The position numbers and the translations under genes are program-made. This document shows, one piece after another, positions 41,698 to 54,197 of a DNA stretch of 64,000 nucleotides (positions within the stretch are counted from its first letter, which is position 1; every line of letters starts with the position of its first letter). This stretch comes from Alphaproteobacteria bacterium (GTDB taxonomy: Bacteria; Pseudomonadota; Alphaproteobacteria; GCA-2746255): contig OZ252220.1 of the NCBI GenBank assembly GCA_965249135.1, positions 928,001-992,000 of the forward strand, written 5' to 3'. The notes beneath the pieces were generated by a model. It did not search any database. It was given only the letters and a program-made list of their open reading frames with translations, and was not told the origin of the DNA.

Positions 41698-42566
41698 GTG
41701 TTTTCCCCCTGGCGTTGGTTCGCTGGTCCCGGCCTTAACGGCTCTGCCAGCGTCACCCAATGCGTCTTTGGCGCATTCGCCGAGCACCCTACACCAGGAA
41801 GGAAAGCCTCGAAAGCGCCAAGATAGGCCCCCGCCCGGGTCGCTTTCTTTGACGGGAACGCGCTAGTATTACTCAACTTAAAGTTGAAATACAGGACCCA
41901 TTCGTTAACGGGAAATTAGCCGTCTTTCTTCCAATCTCTTCCGATCCGGCGCCTCGACCCTTGCCGCCCATCGCCATCGGAAACCAATCGTTGAAAATCC
42001 GCTCCAAGGATCTCCAGAAGAACAACCACCGCCGCCGCAAGGGCGATCGCCGGCGCGACGAAAGCGAGCGCCGCCTGCGCGCCATCGTCGACGCGGCCCC
42101 GGTGCCGCTCTTCATCACCCGTGCCGAGGACGGCGAGATCCTCTACGCAAACGATAAGTCCGATCAGATCTTCGGCCTGCCGCCCGAAAAGGTCCTCGGC
42201 CGCAAGGCGACGGATTTCTATGTCGAGCCGGAGCAGCGAAAGCAGCTCGTCGCCACGCTTGAGCGGGAAGGCGTCGTCAAGGACTTTCCGCTTGCGGGGC
42301 GCTCATTCCCGGGCGAGGAAATCTCCGTTCTTCTTTCCGCCCATCCGATCATCTACGACGACGACTTGGCCCTGCTTTCGACCGTCACCAATCTGACGGA
42401 ACAGATGCGCGCCGAGAAAGCGCTCCGCGAAAGCGAGGAACGCTTCCGCAGCGTCTTCGAGGCGGCTCCGCATGGCTTCGCCCTCGTCGACCTCGACGGG
42501 AAATTGCTGAAGGTGAACCGCGCGCTCTGCGAGATCATCGGCTACAGCGAAGCGGAACTGCTGGCA

Positions 42567-44490
42567 GTAGAGTCGAGGAAGGGCGCGGTGGTTTGTACCG
42601 CATTGGCATCACTCCGTTTCCCTTCCCCGCTCATCAAGCCGGACGTGCGAATTTCCCGCATCCGGCTTTCCGACTGGCTTCATCCCGGGGCACACGGCGG
42701 GGGGCCAAGATGAACCCGGCGCAGCCGAAGCACGCCGAGATCCCCGAACACGGTCCCAGCAGAGAACCGCGTGGTGCCGCGCGACGGCACCTTGTGACGC
42801 CTGACCAGAGAATGCCGCACGCGCTCATAGACGTAATTGTCGACCGCTCGATAGGCCGGCAGGCGCGTCCCGTAGCCGAAGTAGTGCGGCCAGCCGCGCA
42901 GCACGCTGTTCAGCTGGTCGCGCCTCGGGCCAGGGTGCCTGGTTGCCGGGCCGCAGGAGCCCTCGGACCTTCAGCTTGAGCCGAGCCACGCTCTTCCTGG
43001 ACGGGCTCGCCCCCAGATACCAGTGGCCATCCTTGCGAAAGCGCTGCGGGCCGAAGCTATAGCCCAGGAAGTCGAAGCTCTCCTTGCGGCCATCGCGGAC
43101 GCTGGTCTTGGCCTCGTTCAGGGTCAGTCCCAGCCGGGTCATCACCTGCCGCGTCCAGACCAAGGCCTCCCTCGCGTGTCCGCGACTGAGGATGACAAGG
43201 TCATCGGCATAGTTCACCACCTCGGCGCGGAACCTTGTGCCCTGCCCGGTGATCCGCCAGTACTTCAGAAAGCGGTTCATGTAGAGCGCGGCGAGCAGCG
43301 GCGAAACAATCCCGCCTTGCGGGGTTCCCCGTGTGCTCCCCCGGCCGCCCGTCATGCGCCGCTTGCCATCCCCGTCGGTCTCCTCGACCGGTGTCTTGAG
43401 CCACAATTTGATCAGGCGCAGGACGTTGCGATCGACGATCCGGCGCGCAACCGATTGCATCAGTTCCGCATGGGGAATCGTATCGAAGTACTTGGACAAA
43501 TCCGCGTCAACCACGTCCGTGTAGCCGCGACAGAGAAGCTTGTGGACCGCCTGGACGGCATCGCCCGCAGAGCGTTTCGGTCGGTAGCCATAGGCACTGG
43601 GCTCGAGATCGGCCTCGAAGATCGGTTCGATCACGAGCTTGACGGCGCCTTGCACCACCCGGTCCCGGATCGTCGGGATGCCGAGCGGTCGTTCGCCGCC
43701 GCCGGGCTTTGGGACCATCGCCCGCCGCACCGGCTCAGGTCTGTACGTCTTGGCGCGAAGGTCGTCCCTGATCCCGGACAGCCACCCCTCCAGCCCCATC
43801 GCCTCGATCTCCTCGAAGCTCTGTCCATCCACCCCCGGCGCGCCCTTGTTGGACCGCGCCAGTCGGTAGGCATGGAACAGGATGTCTTCGCGATAGACCT
43901 TGTCGTAGAGCAGGTAGAAGCGGAAGTCCGGTTCCGCCTTCGCCTTGAGATAGAGCTTCCTCTGGAGAGTCCGGATCTTTTCAGGTGTTTGCAGGCGCAT
44001 CGCCAATCACCCCGCCTCCTCTCCGTCAAAAGCGCACCAGAAGTAAGGGTGCTTCCCTCCGCCGGCATTACCCGGCATCAACGGTACTATCACCCTTTCC
44101 GATTCCCGCCCGCGCCGCCACCCGAGGTGACGTTGAGGCCGCTACCCTCGCCCGCGACGGGCCTCCCCCGATTACCCGTATCACCTTCCTTGCGTGCCGT
44201 GCCCACTACCCCGGCGGACCGGAACGGGTGCATTCGTCGGTTACTCCCCCGTTCCACGCGGCCTTCCCCTAATCTCAGGAGGGTCGGCGTCCATATCTTC
44301 ACTTTCGAGGCCTGCTCAGGCTTCACTCGCGTTCGGCCCGCAAGGTCGCTCAACCGCCCAAGGCGGCCTTTGTCACAGGACTTCGGTCCCGCCGGTTACC
44401 CGACAAGACCGCCTGTCAGCTACCAGATCAAACCGACAACTGTCTGGGTGGATCCTTCCTCCACTGGTGTTACGCGCCGTCGGGGCGCAC
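42567..44490 (-). mobile_element. Group II intron, antisense to the host gene
   Basis: 5' GTGCG at 44490, 3' ...CTCTAC at 42567; domain V GAAAGCCGGATGCGGGAAATTCGCACGTCCGGCTTG; RT ORF inside. Confidence 0.93.
42680..44006 (-). CDS. ltrA: Group II intron reverse transcriptase/maturase, frameshifted near 42922
   Basis: APGVDG, RPLGIPTIRDR, GTPQGG, NYADD, FDFLG; the X domain (LRGWPHYF) lies in another frame; no En domain. Confidence 0.9.
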
Positions 44491-47400
44491 AGAGACTTTC
44501 GGGCGATCACCCATCCGGACGACCTCGAGGAAGACCTCGCCTACTTCGAAAAGGCGCTGGCCGGTGAGATTACCACCTACCAGATGGAGAAGCGCTATCT
44601 CCACAAGGCGGGCCACGCGGTCTGGGGCCTTCTAAGCGTCAGCCTGGTCAGGGATTCGGAAGGCAAGCCCCTTTACTTCGTCGGCCAGGTCTACGACCTC
44701 ACGCAACGTAAACAAACGGAAGCCGCCCTCGAGGAAAGCACCCGCCGGCTTCAGGGCATCCTCGACTACAGTCCGCTGCTGATCTCGATCAAGGACGTCG
44801 AGGGTCACTACAAGCTGTTCAGCCACCGCTACGAAGAGCTTCTGGGCAAGACCGGCGCGGAACTCGTCGGCCAGACGATCAAGGAGCGCTACCCGGACGA
44901 CCGCGAGATCGTCGCCCAGACGAAGCGCGAGGACCGCGAGCTCCTCAAGACCGGCCGGCCCCTTGAAAAATACATGACGACGCGGCGCTTCCAGGGCATG
45001 GAGCGGACGACGCTGGTCACAAAATTCCTGCTGCGTGGGCCAGATGGCGAACCGAACGAGATCTGCGGCATCGGCATCGACGTCACGGAACGCCGCGAGG
45101 CCGAAAAGGCGCTCGAGGAAAGCACCCGCCGGCTCCAGGGCATCCTCGACTACGCGCCGATCTACATCACGATCAAGGAGGCCGACGGCCGCTACAAGAT
45201 CTTCAATCGCCAATACGAAGTGAGCTCGGGCATCAAAAGCGAAGACATCGTCGGCAAGACGATCAATGAGCGTTTCCAGGACACCCCGGAGCTTCTCGCA
45301 GAGATCGAACGGCAAGACAAGGAACTGCTCCGGACCGGCAAGGCGAAGCAGGGTTACGAGTCCACCCGCGTCTTCAAGGGCGAGGAACGGATCCTGCTCA
45401 CGACGAAGTTTCCGCTTGAAGGCGCGTACGGAGCGCCCGGCGAGATCGTCTCCATGGCGATGGACATCACCGAACGCAAGCGGGCCGAGGAGGCCTTCAA
45501 GGAACGCCACCGGCAATTGCAGGGCATCCTCGACTACGCGCCGATCGGCATCTCGCTCAAGGACACAGCAGGAAACTACAAGTGGGTGAACCGGCATTAC
45601 GAACAACTGACCGGCAAGACCAACGACGAGATGGTCGGAAAAAAGTGGACGAAGCCTATCGGAAAACCCCCGACAGCGCCACGTTCTCCGGAGATAGCGC
45701 GCGTACGGACCAGGAGGTGATTCGAACCGGCGAGCCCCTTCGCCAAGAGAACTTCCTATTCCTTAACCGCACCCTCCAGCGCACGAAGTTCCTGATCCTG
45801 GATGAGGACGGCACGCCGAACGAGGTCTGTTCCATCGTCCACGACGTCACCGACCGTGTGACGATCGAGGAAGCGCTGCGTGAAAACGAGGAACAGCTGC
45901 GCCTGATCCTGGAGGCGGTCGGCGAAGGGATCTACGGGCTCGACCTCGAGGGAAGGGGCACCTTCGTCAATCCCGCCGTCGCCGAAATGACCGGGTTTCG
46001 GGTCGACGAGCTGATCGGCCAGATGCTCCACCCGCTCATCCACCACGGCTACCCGGACGGTACCCCCTACCCCGTCGACACGTGCCCGATGTACGCGGCC
46101 TTCACGGACGGCACCCCCCACCAGATGAAGGACGAGGTACTGTGGCGGAAGGACGGGACGAGCTTTCCCGTCGAATACACCAGCACGCCGCTTCGCAAGG
46201 AGGGGAAACTGGTCGGCGCCGTCGTCACCTTCAACGACGTCACGGAACGCCGCGCCGCCGAGCAGGCGTTGGAGGAAAGCCTGCGCCGGCTCCAGGGCAT
46301 CCTCGATAACAGCCCGATGCTGATCTCGGTCAAGGGCCGCGACGGCCGCTACAAGATCGCCAACCGCTATTACGAGGTGCTTTCCGGGATCAAGGGCGCC
46401 GACATGATCGGCAAGACGGCTTCCAAGCGATTCCCCGACAACCCCGATCTCGCCACGCGGACCGAGGCGGAAGACGCCGAGATATTCCGGACCGGCGAGG
46501 CGAAGCAGGATTACGAGACGACCCGCATCTTTCATGGCGAGGAGCGGTACTTCCTGACGACGAAGTCGCCGCTGATGGGCCCGGACGGAAAGCCCAACGA
46601 GATCGTCGCCATCGGGATGGACATCACCGAACGCAAGCGGGCCGAAGGCGCCCTTCGCGAGAGCCACCTGCAACTGCAGGGCATCCTCAATTTCGCACCG
46701 CTCTGCGTCTCGCTCAAGGACCTCGAAGGCCGCTACAAATGGGTCAACCGTTATTACGAAGAGATGTTCGGCGTGCGCTCCGAGGACCTGATCGGGAAAA
46801 CGGCACTCGAGGCTTACGCGGAGGGCCCCTTAAGCCCGGAGGTACTGAAGAAGACCCATGAGGCGGATCAGCAGGTCATCCATTCCTCCGAGCCGATCTA
46901 CGAGCAGAGCTTCGCGCAAACGCTGCCGGACGGAAAGACCCACTACTTCCAAAGAACGAAGTTCACGCTCAAGGACAGCGACGGCAACCCGACCGAGATT
47001 TGCGCGATCACCGCCGACGTCACCCAGAACGAGGAGATGGAGCGGGCCCTTCGGGAAAGCGAGGCGCGGTTCCGGAACATCGCCGAGCGGGCGCCGGTCC
47101 CCATTGCCATCACCCGGATCTCGGACGGCAAGATCCTCTATGCGAACCCGGCGGTGGCCGCCTTTTACGGCGTCGGCGAATTGACCGGCCGACGGTCACA
47201 GGACTTCTATCGGGACCCGGCGGACCGCGTCGGCATCATGGAGCGCCTCCTCGAGGAAGGCTATCTCCACGACGTCGAGGTGAATCTGAAGAAGGCGGAT
47301 GGTTCGCCGATCGCGGCGATCGCTTCCCTTGCCCGGATCACCTTCGACGACGAGGACGCGGCGATGAGCGTCGTTCACGACGTGACCCAGATTAAAGAGG

Positions 47401-49070
47401 CCGAGGTAGCGCTTCGCGAAAGCGAGGCGCGGTTCCGCGCCGTCGTCGAAGGCTCGCCCCTGCCGCTGATCATCGCGCGGCTTTCCGACGGGCGCATCAC
47501 CTTCGCCAACTCCCATGCCGGCCCGGCCTTCGGCTTAGGCCCGGACGAGATCGTCGGCCGGCACACCCAGGAATTCTATCAGCACCCCGAGGACCGGGAC
47601 GCCATCAAGACCCTCCTCCAGGAGAAGGGCGACGCGCACGGCTTCGAACTCAAGATGAAGAAGGCGGACGGCACGCCGATGATTGCCCTCGTCTCCACCC
47701 ACGTCGTCACCTACGACGGCGAGCAAGCCCTGCTCTCCGGCTTCCAGGACATCACCGCCTTCAAGGAGGCCGAGGAACAGCTTCGCCAGGCGACGAAGAT
47801 GGAGGCCATCGGCCAGCTGACCGGCGGCATCGCCCATGACTTCAACAACCTTCTCGGCATCATCATCGGCAATCTGGAACTGCTGGACGAGCGCAACTCC
47901 GATGAGGCGACCCATAACTTCGCGCGGCGCGCACTGGGGGCGGCGGATCGCGGGGCGACGCTTACCCAACGCCTGCTTGCCTTCTCGCGCAAACAGGCCC
48001 TGGAACCGCTCTCTACCGACTTGAACCGGCTCGTCTCCGGCATGATGGAACTGTTCGAATACAGCCTCAACAAGACCATCGAGATCGAAACCCATCTCAC
48101 CGACGACCTCTGGCCCGCCATGATCGACCCGAACCAGTTGGAAAGCGTGATCCTGAACCTTGCCCTGAACGCCCAGGACGCGATGCCGAGCGGCGGCCAT
48201 CTGACATTCGCGACCGAGAACGTCGACGCCGATGCCCTCGACCTTGCCGACGAAGAACTTCGTTCCGACTGCTATGTCCTGCTCACCGTCCGCGACACCG
48301 GCATCGGCATCCCGAAGGAGGACCTGGCCCGCGTCTTCGACCCGTTCTTCACGACGAGGGGCATCGGCAAGGGAAGCGGGCTTGGCCTAAGCGTGGTCTA
48401 CGGGTTCATCCGGCAATCCGGCGGCGTGATCCGGATCGAAAGCAAGCTCAGCCAAGGAACGGCCATCCAGGTCTACCTGCCGGTGGCAGACGAAAGCGCC
48501 GAGGCGGCCGAAACTGCGTTGCCCGAGTTGAAAGAGCTCGAAGGTAACGGCGAGACGATCCTGATCGTCGAGGACGACGTCGAAATGCGCAGCATGGCGA
48601 AACGGATGCTGACCGGCCTCAACTATCGGGTGATCGAGGCCGGGGATGCGTTCGCGGCACTCGAACTCCTCGAATCGACGCGCGGCATCGACCTCCTGTT
48701 CACGGACGTCATCCTGCCGAAGGGCCTGAACGGCGTCGAGCTTGCGAAGAAGGCGCGGAGGCGCCATGAGGATCTGAGGGTACTGCTGACGTCCGGCTAT
48801 CTGGGTGAATTTCCCGAAGCCGTCGACCCGGGCGATCTAGGCGTCGACCTCGTCGAGAAGCCCTACCGCAAGCGGGTGCTCGCCAAGAAAATCCGCGAAG
48901 CTTTGGCCAGCGCCGCTTGAGACCCTTATCGTCTGAGGCGGCCCGCCTGGGGACAATTCTCATAACTTCCTGAAATTCACGGCTTTTTGGCACGCTCATC
49001 GTTTGCCTTTGAGGGGCGTTTATGGTTAATTTTCGTTAACTATAAGCATCCTCAAGGCACGAGGCATGCG

Positions 49071-50544
49071 ATGAAGGCCTATGAGGAGCTGGTTGGGGAG
49101 GAAGGCCACCGGGTCAACTACCGGGCCGACCGTTACAAGGTCGGGGATCTGTTTCGCCGGGTGTTGCCCGATGTTGAAATCGACCATCTTCCCTACGCGC
49201 TCCATGACGTAAGCATGAGCGGCATCGCCGTCTTCGCGAACCGTCAGACGAACTGGTCCGGCGAGCGCGGCGATGAGGTGCCGATTCATCTCCGCCTCGG
49301 GGACACCGTCCTGCACGAGGGGCGTGGGCGCATCTGCCGCATCGAGCCGACGCCGTTTGGCACGAAGATCGCCATGCAATTGACGAGCGGCTACCTCAAT
49401 ATCCCGGAACTTATTGCCAAGCACGAGGAGATCTGCCTCCACCGCGAGCTTGAAGATGGTCTCAACGCTACGAACGCGCATATTCCTGCCGCCTACCGTG
49501 AGTTGGTTTCCGACGTGCTGCATCTGCTGCACCGCTACCGCGTGGCGCTCGAGAAATTCGAGGCGGACCAAGACCCCCACACGCCGGCGGACGACGCCCG
49601 GCTGGCCAATGTGCTTTCGATCTGTGAAGAACGCATCCTGCCTGAGTACCGCGCCCTTTGGTACCAGGCGAACGCGCTCGTGCAACCCGTCATGGAGGAT
49701 CCGGAAGCGCTGAAGGAGACGAAGCGCTTCACCGAGTTGGTGCTGATGCCGGAATTCATGGAGGGTCCGATCTGGAGACGCAGCTACGAGAAGCCGCTTG
49801 GCTATCCGGGCGACTTCGAGGTCATGAACTACGTCTACGCCTGGCGTCGGCAAGGGGCGAGCGCGTTTGGAAAACTCCTTCACCGTATCGGCCTCGACGG
49901 GGGGGTACATCGCAAACCGCATGGTCATGATGCAACAGACGATTGCCGAAGTCGTCGCCGGGAAGACCGGCCCCGTCCAGATCACGAATCTGGCCTGCGG
50001 CCCCGCCCGGGAGATCGTCAACTATTTGCGTCTCGGAGCACTTCCCGAGGCCGTCTGCGTCACGCTGATCGACCAGGATCATCGGGCGCTTGCCCAAACC
50101 TATGAACGAACCTATCCGGAAACCCTGCGACTGGCAGGGCAAGCCACCGTGAACTGCCTGCATGTCTCCTTCGGACAGCTCCTGAAGGGTGAGAATTTCC
50201 TGAAGAAGATCCCGGCCCAGGACCTGATCTATACGATCGGCCTCGTGGATTATCTAAGCGAGGCGAAGGCCCGTTCCCTCATCGATGGGCTCTACCGGCA
50301 GTTGGCGCCGGGCGGTTCCCTGGTCATCGGCAACGTCAAGCAAGGCCCTTCCTCACTGTTGTGGCCGGCCGAGTTCCTCTGCGACTGGAGCCTCGTCTAT
50401 CGGACGGAGGCCGACATGTTCGACCTCGCGCGCGACCTTCCCTCGGCCGCGGTCACGGTGAAGGCCGACACGACGGATCGCATCCAGCTTCTCTATCTGC
50501 GAAAACCCGACGTAAGCCTGCGAAAACCCGATTTAAGCGCTTAA
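49071..50544 (+). CDS. PilZ-like domain + PhcB-like SAM methyltransferase; frameshift in a G run near 49899
   Basis: R-x3-R...DVSMSG PilZ-like motifs; YEKPLGYPGDFEVM, NLACGPARE, GLVDYL. Confidence 0.7.
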
Positions 50545-51980
50545 GCGGCATCCCCCGAGAGCTTAGGCGGCCCCGCCCCCCTGGGGAGCACCCGCCTGGC
50601 GGGCAGCCGTGCGGTGACGGTCGTGCCGACCCTGATCTCGCTTTCGACCGCGAGCGAGCCGTCATGCAGCTCCATGACTTTCTTGGCCAGCGGCAGGCCA
50701 AGCCCGCTGCCTTCATGGCCGCGGCTAAAGGCGCTTTCCACCTGAACGAAGGGCTCGACGATCTTGACTAGATCCTCCCTCGCGATGCCGATGCCGCTGT
50801 CCTCGATCCGCACATGGACGCTCTCGTCCTCGGCGTGGCCGATGGAAAGGATGACGGAGCCCCCCTTCTGGGTAAATTTCACCGCGTTCGAGATGAGGTT
50901 GATGAAGCTTTGCCGTAACAGGCGCGGATCCGCCCGCACCTGGGTGGCCACGCGCGGCATGTCGAACTGAAGCCGGACCCCGCTTTCCGCGGCGCGTTCG
51001 CGGAACATGCGCATGCACCCATCCAGCACCTCCGTCAGATCGACGACCTCTTCCCGAAGCGCGAGCCGGCCGGCTTCCGCCTTCGAAAGGTCGAGGATAT
51101 CCGTAATCAGGCTTAAGAGGTGCGTGCCGCTGTTGTAGATGTCCTCGATATAGGTCAGATATTTCTTCGATCCGATCGGACCGAACATCTGCTGCTTGAT
51201 CACTTCGGAAAAGCCGAGAATGGCGTTCAAGGGCGTGCGCAGCTCATGGCTCATGAGGGCAAGGAATTCCGTCTTCGCCCGGCTGCTGGCGCGTGCCTCT
51301 TCCAGAAGCTGATCGGTCCGGTCTTTTTCCTTCAGGAGAAGCTGCGTATTGATGAAGTTCTGCCGGATATAGAGTTCCTGCGTGTAGCTCGTGAAAACGC
51401 CGATGGCCAAGGAAACGGTCAGGAAAAAATCATTGTTGATAAGCGTCTCAGTGGGAATCGGATTCACGACCAACGCAACGACCTGGTAAATCGCCAGCAA
51501 CGTCAGGGAAATAGCCGCCGCATACACGTAGCGAAAGACGCTTAAGGACGAGCAATAGATGATGACGATAATGAGGCCGGCGTAATAAAAGTGACTGCCC
51601 GGCGCGTTTGCGACGGCCACCATGCCAAGGATGCCTAACCCGGGGACGAGCATTGCGAGTGCCAGGACAGGCTGCGAGATGCGCAGGAAAAGCTTCGTAC
51701 GCGTGACGAAAAAGATCCCGATCAGAATCGGGCAGACGATCCCGTAACGGATGATCCAGATCTCCGTTAGCTTGTCCGGGACGATGTAGAGATCGAGAAC
51801 GCCGAAGATGACATAGAGGAATAGGCCGGCAAGGGTGAAAACCCAGATGATGGGAAGCGATTGGCGGATATGCATGATCCGGTAGCGCCGCTCCGTCTCA
51901 TCACTCGTGAAACGCAAGTTGAGCTTGCCAAGCTTAAGCGCCTGGGCGTCCCATGCATCTTCCAGACTGTTCCTTGCCAT
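50541..51980 (-). CDS. Membrane sensor histidine kinase, PleC/DivJ-like H box
   Basis: About 6 TM segments; MSHELRTPLNAILGFSE, NLISNAVKFT, GSGLGL. Confidence 0.9.
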   Translation of the reverse strand: MARNSLEDAWDAQALKLGKLNLRFTSDETERRYRIMHIRQSLPIIWVFTLAGLFLYVIFGVLDLYIVPDKLTEIWIIRYGIVCPILIGIFFVTRTKLFLRISQPVLALAMLVPGLGILGMVAVANAPGSHFYYAGLIIVIIYCSSLSVFRYVYAAAISLTLLAIYQVVALVVNPIPTETLINNDFFLTVSLAIGVFTSYTQELYIRQNFINTQLLLKEKDRTDQLLEEARASSRAKTEFLALMSHELRTPLNAILGFSEVIKQQMFGPIGSKKYLTYIEDIYNSGTHLLSLITDILDLSKAEAGRLALREEVVDLTEVLDGCMRMFRERAAESGVRLQFDMPRVATQVRADPRLLRQSFINLISNAVKFTQKGGSVILSIGHAEDESVHVRIEDSGIGIAREDLVKIVEPFVQVESAFSRGHEGSGLGLPLAKKVMELHDGSLAVESEIRVGTTVTARLPARRVLPRGAGPPKLSGDAA

Positions 51981-52050
51981 GCGTCCTCTGCTTCACCGGG
52001 CGAGCCTGTGCCCCCGCCGAAGCGCCTTTCGCCATACGGGCGCCACACGG

Positions 52051-52098
52051 GTTAATGGTCCGTTAAGAGCCTAAGACGAAAGTTTAAAAATTCCTTAA
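52051..52098. promoter_or_regulatory. Two CtrA boxes upstream of the PleC/DivJ-like kinase
   Basis: GTTAA-tggtccg-TTAA (52051-52066) and TTAA-aaattcc-TTAA (52084-52098). Confidence 0.7.
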
Positions 52099-52137
52099 AC
52101 ATGCCCGGAGATGGGCGGTAGACGCGGCGTTCGGCCC

Positions 52138-53361
52138 CTAGAAGAAGCGGCTCAGGCGAAGCGTCAGGAAATCGTCCTCGCTTATCCCGGAAAGCAGGAC
52201 GTCGTCCTTCTCGTTGAAGCTGAAGCGGCCTTCGAGTGCGATCTTGTAGCGATCGCCGATCCGGCGCTCCGCCTCGACGAAGAGGAAGACGGCCTCGGAC
52301 GACCGGTCGATGGTGGCGCCGGCCAGTACCTCCGTGCTCTGAACGTCGTTCAGTGCCAGGCGCGTTCCCAGAAAAAGGTCGCCGTCTGCGGCGGTGAACG
52401 GGGCGCCCGCCTTGTCGCGGCCGTCATATTGGTATTCGGCGAGAAGGCCCAGATCGTAGACCATCTCGAAGATCTGATAGAGCGTGTATTCGAAACCGGC
52501 GACGGTCGCAAAGAACCGTTTCCCATGGCCGCTTCGGGTCATCGCCTCCAATTTCCAGAGCCACGCCTCCATCGTCAACTGGACGTCGAGGCCGGTCTGG
52601 TCGATCTGATCGTAATGGGGAACGAAGACGATTTGCCCGCTTGTTCGCGGCGTGAGGATCAGCCGTGGCTCGCGACTCGTTCCATGAAAATGGGAAATGC
52701 CTAAGTCCCAGTCCTCGATCGTGTGGGACCAGCGAAACGCGAAGTCGACATGGGCCTCCTTGGCGGCCGAGTCGTAGGTCGCATCGTCGTCGTCGATCGG
52801 AAGCGGGCCGCGCAGGCGCGCATCGTCGTCCGGAAAGGTGCGCTCGCGAAAACCGGGCAGCACGAAGGCGGAAATCGTCCCCCAATCCTCCTGCAGCTGG
52901 ACGTTCACCATCGGCTGGCCAAGCTTGTCCTCGTTGTCGACGTCCTCGACCCCGTCGAACTGGTTGATGATGTCGACCAAGTGGCGCGATTCGGTGACCC
53001 CCCAGAAGACGCGGTCGAAGCCTATGACCAGGTCCCAGCCCTTGCCCACATGCAGCCAGTTCGCCTCGCGGATATCGGCGTGGGTGCGGCGGTCGTCGTC
53101 GGCGTCGAACCGCGCGAAGGGAACGAAGGTCAGGCGGTCCTTGCGCCGGCTCCACTCATAGACGACTTCCGGCTCCGCAACCACGGAGGGAGAGATTTCC
53201 GCATTGCCCTGTTCGGGAAAGAGCGCCCGGTTCGGAAAGTACCGCGTCTCGAATGCGACGAAGCCGGAAAGTTCAAACTCACCGGCAGCCGCGCCGTTCG
53301 CAGCGACGGGAAGCTGCGCGAAAACAAGAAGGACGAAAAAAAGAGTGCGCGCTTTCGTCAA
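52138..53361 (-). CDS. Outer-membrane beta-barrel protein of the MMPL/LolA-like operon
   Basis: Signal peptide, FWGVTESRHLVDIINQ, C-terminal LSRFF. Confidence 0.75.
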   Translation of the reverse strand: MTKARTLFFVLLVFAQLPVAANGAAAGEFELSGFVAFETRYFPNRALFPEQGNAEISPSVVAEPEVVYEWSRRKDRLTFVPFARFDADDDRRTHADIREANWLHVGKGWDLVIGFDRVFWGVTESRHLVDIINQFDGVEDVDNEDKLGQPMVNVQLQEDWGTISAFVLPGFRERTFPDDDARLRGPLPIDDDDATYDSAAKEAHVDFAFRWSHTIEDWDLGISHFHGTSREPRLILTPRTSGQIVFVPHYDQIDQTGLDVQLTMEAWLWKLEAMTRSGHGKRFFATVAGFEYTLYQIFEMVYDLGLLAEYQYDGRDKAGAPFTAADGDLFLGTRLALNDVQSTEVLAGATIDRSSEAVFLFVEAERRIGDRYKIALEGRFSFNEKDDVLLSGISEDDFLTLRLSRFF

Positions 53362-54197
53362 CGGGCCCGTTTCAAACGACTGGGCGTGAAATCACTTTCA
53401 TCCACGCCGAGGCGGAAATTGTAGTTCTTAAACTTAAGCGTTGTCGCCTTCCCGGTCTGCACGTTGTCCATGTGCATGCGATGGGGTCGCCAGTATTGAT
53501 CCAGATAGTGGTGGTACTCCGTTTGAACGAGCACTTTCAACAGCTCGTTCTTGCGATCATAATATTCGACCTTCATCACGCGGTACTCGTCCTGATCAAC
53601 CCAGACCGTTTGGCTCGTATAGCCGGAATATTCATAGACCGGATGGCGTTCGACGACGAAGCACTGAAGTTCGCCGCAGGCCTCGTCCCGAAGCCGTTTG
53701 TATGTGTATTTTGCGACCTCCTGAGACGAGATGTCCTCGTAGGCGAACTCGCTGCCGACGAAGGGACCGGATTTGTTGACGGACGAGATGCGCTTCACGC
53801 GCTTGATGGCCGGCAGATAGAGCCATTGATCGTCTGGATCGAGAATCTTCGTATGGGACAGGAACGCCGTGCCTTCGATGTCGCGGGGTTTATCGAACAC
53901 GGTCAGGCTCTTGTCGCCGAGGCCGGTATCCGAAACCTCAAGCGTCTGGATTCGCAAATCGCGGGTGCTGGATTCCCCATTGCGGTTGGTAAGAACCATG
54001 TTCAATTCGACCTCGCTGTCGTTCCAGCCGAGATCGCGGCGATCGATCTCCTCGGCGATGGCGAGACCTTTTTCCTCCGGCGTTTCGGCCAACGCCGTTC
54101 CCACCCAAAGGACAAGCCCGGCAGCGAAGCCAACGGCGGCGAATCCCCGCCCGGCAGCTTTCCTAATTCGCTGGCTTCGTGACGACGTCCTGGACAT
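53358..54197 (-). CDS. Outer membrane lipoprotein-sorting (LolA-like) protein
   Basis: PRDIEGTAFL, DDQWLYLPAIKRVKRI, FVGSEFAYED. Confidence 0.85.
   Translation of the reverse strand: MSRTSSRSQRIRKAAGRGFAAVGFAAGLVLWVGTALAETPEEKGLAIAEEIDRRDLGWNDSEVELNMVLTNRNGESSTRDLRIQTLEVSDTGLGDKSLTVFDKPRDIEGTAFLSHTKILDPDDQWLYLPAIKRVKRISSVNKSGPFVGSEFAYEDISSQEVAKYTYKRLRDEACGELQCFVVERHPVYEYSGYTSQTVWVDQDEYRVMKVEYYDRKNELLKVLVQTEYHHYLDQYWRPHRMHMDNVQTGKATTLKFKNYNFRLGVDESDFTPSRLKRAR

Larger units (their letters stand above)
41961..48920 (+). pseudogene. Hybrid sensor kinase (10 PAS + HisKA/HATPase + REC), interrupted by a group II intron and a frameshift near 45644
   Basis: Exon join ELLA|RDFRAITHPDD is in frame; [30 protein letters not shown]; an A6 run breaks the frame. 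Confidence 0.85.

Noticed and set aside
42680-44006. Retron or DGR reverse transcriptase
   Set aside because: Clear group II intron boundaries, domain V and maturase domain; no TR/VR pair or msr-msd seen.
44731-46700. DGR-like template/variable repeats among the PAS units
   Set aside because: Differences are not adenine-specific; this is ordinary domain duplication.
48987-49040. Sigma54 promoter or CtrA box upstream of the PhcB-like gene
   Set aside because: TGGCACG lacks the -12 GC at the correct spacing, and the TTAA pair is spaced N6 rather than N7.
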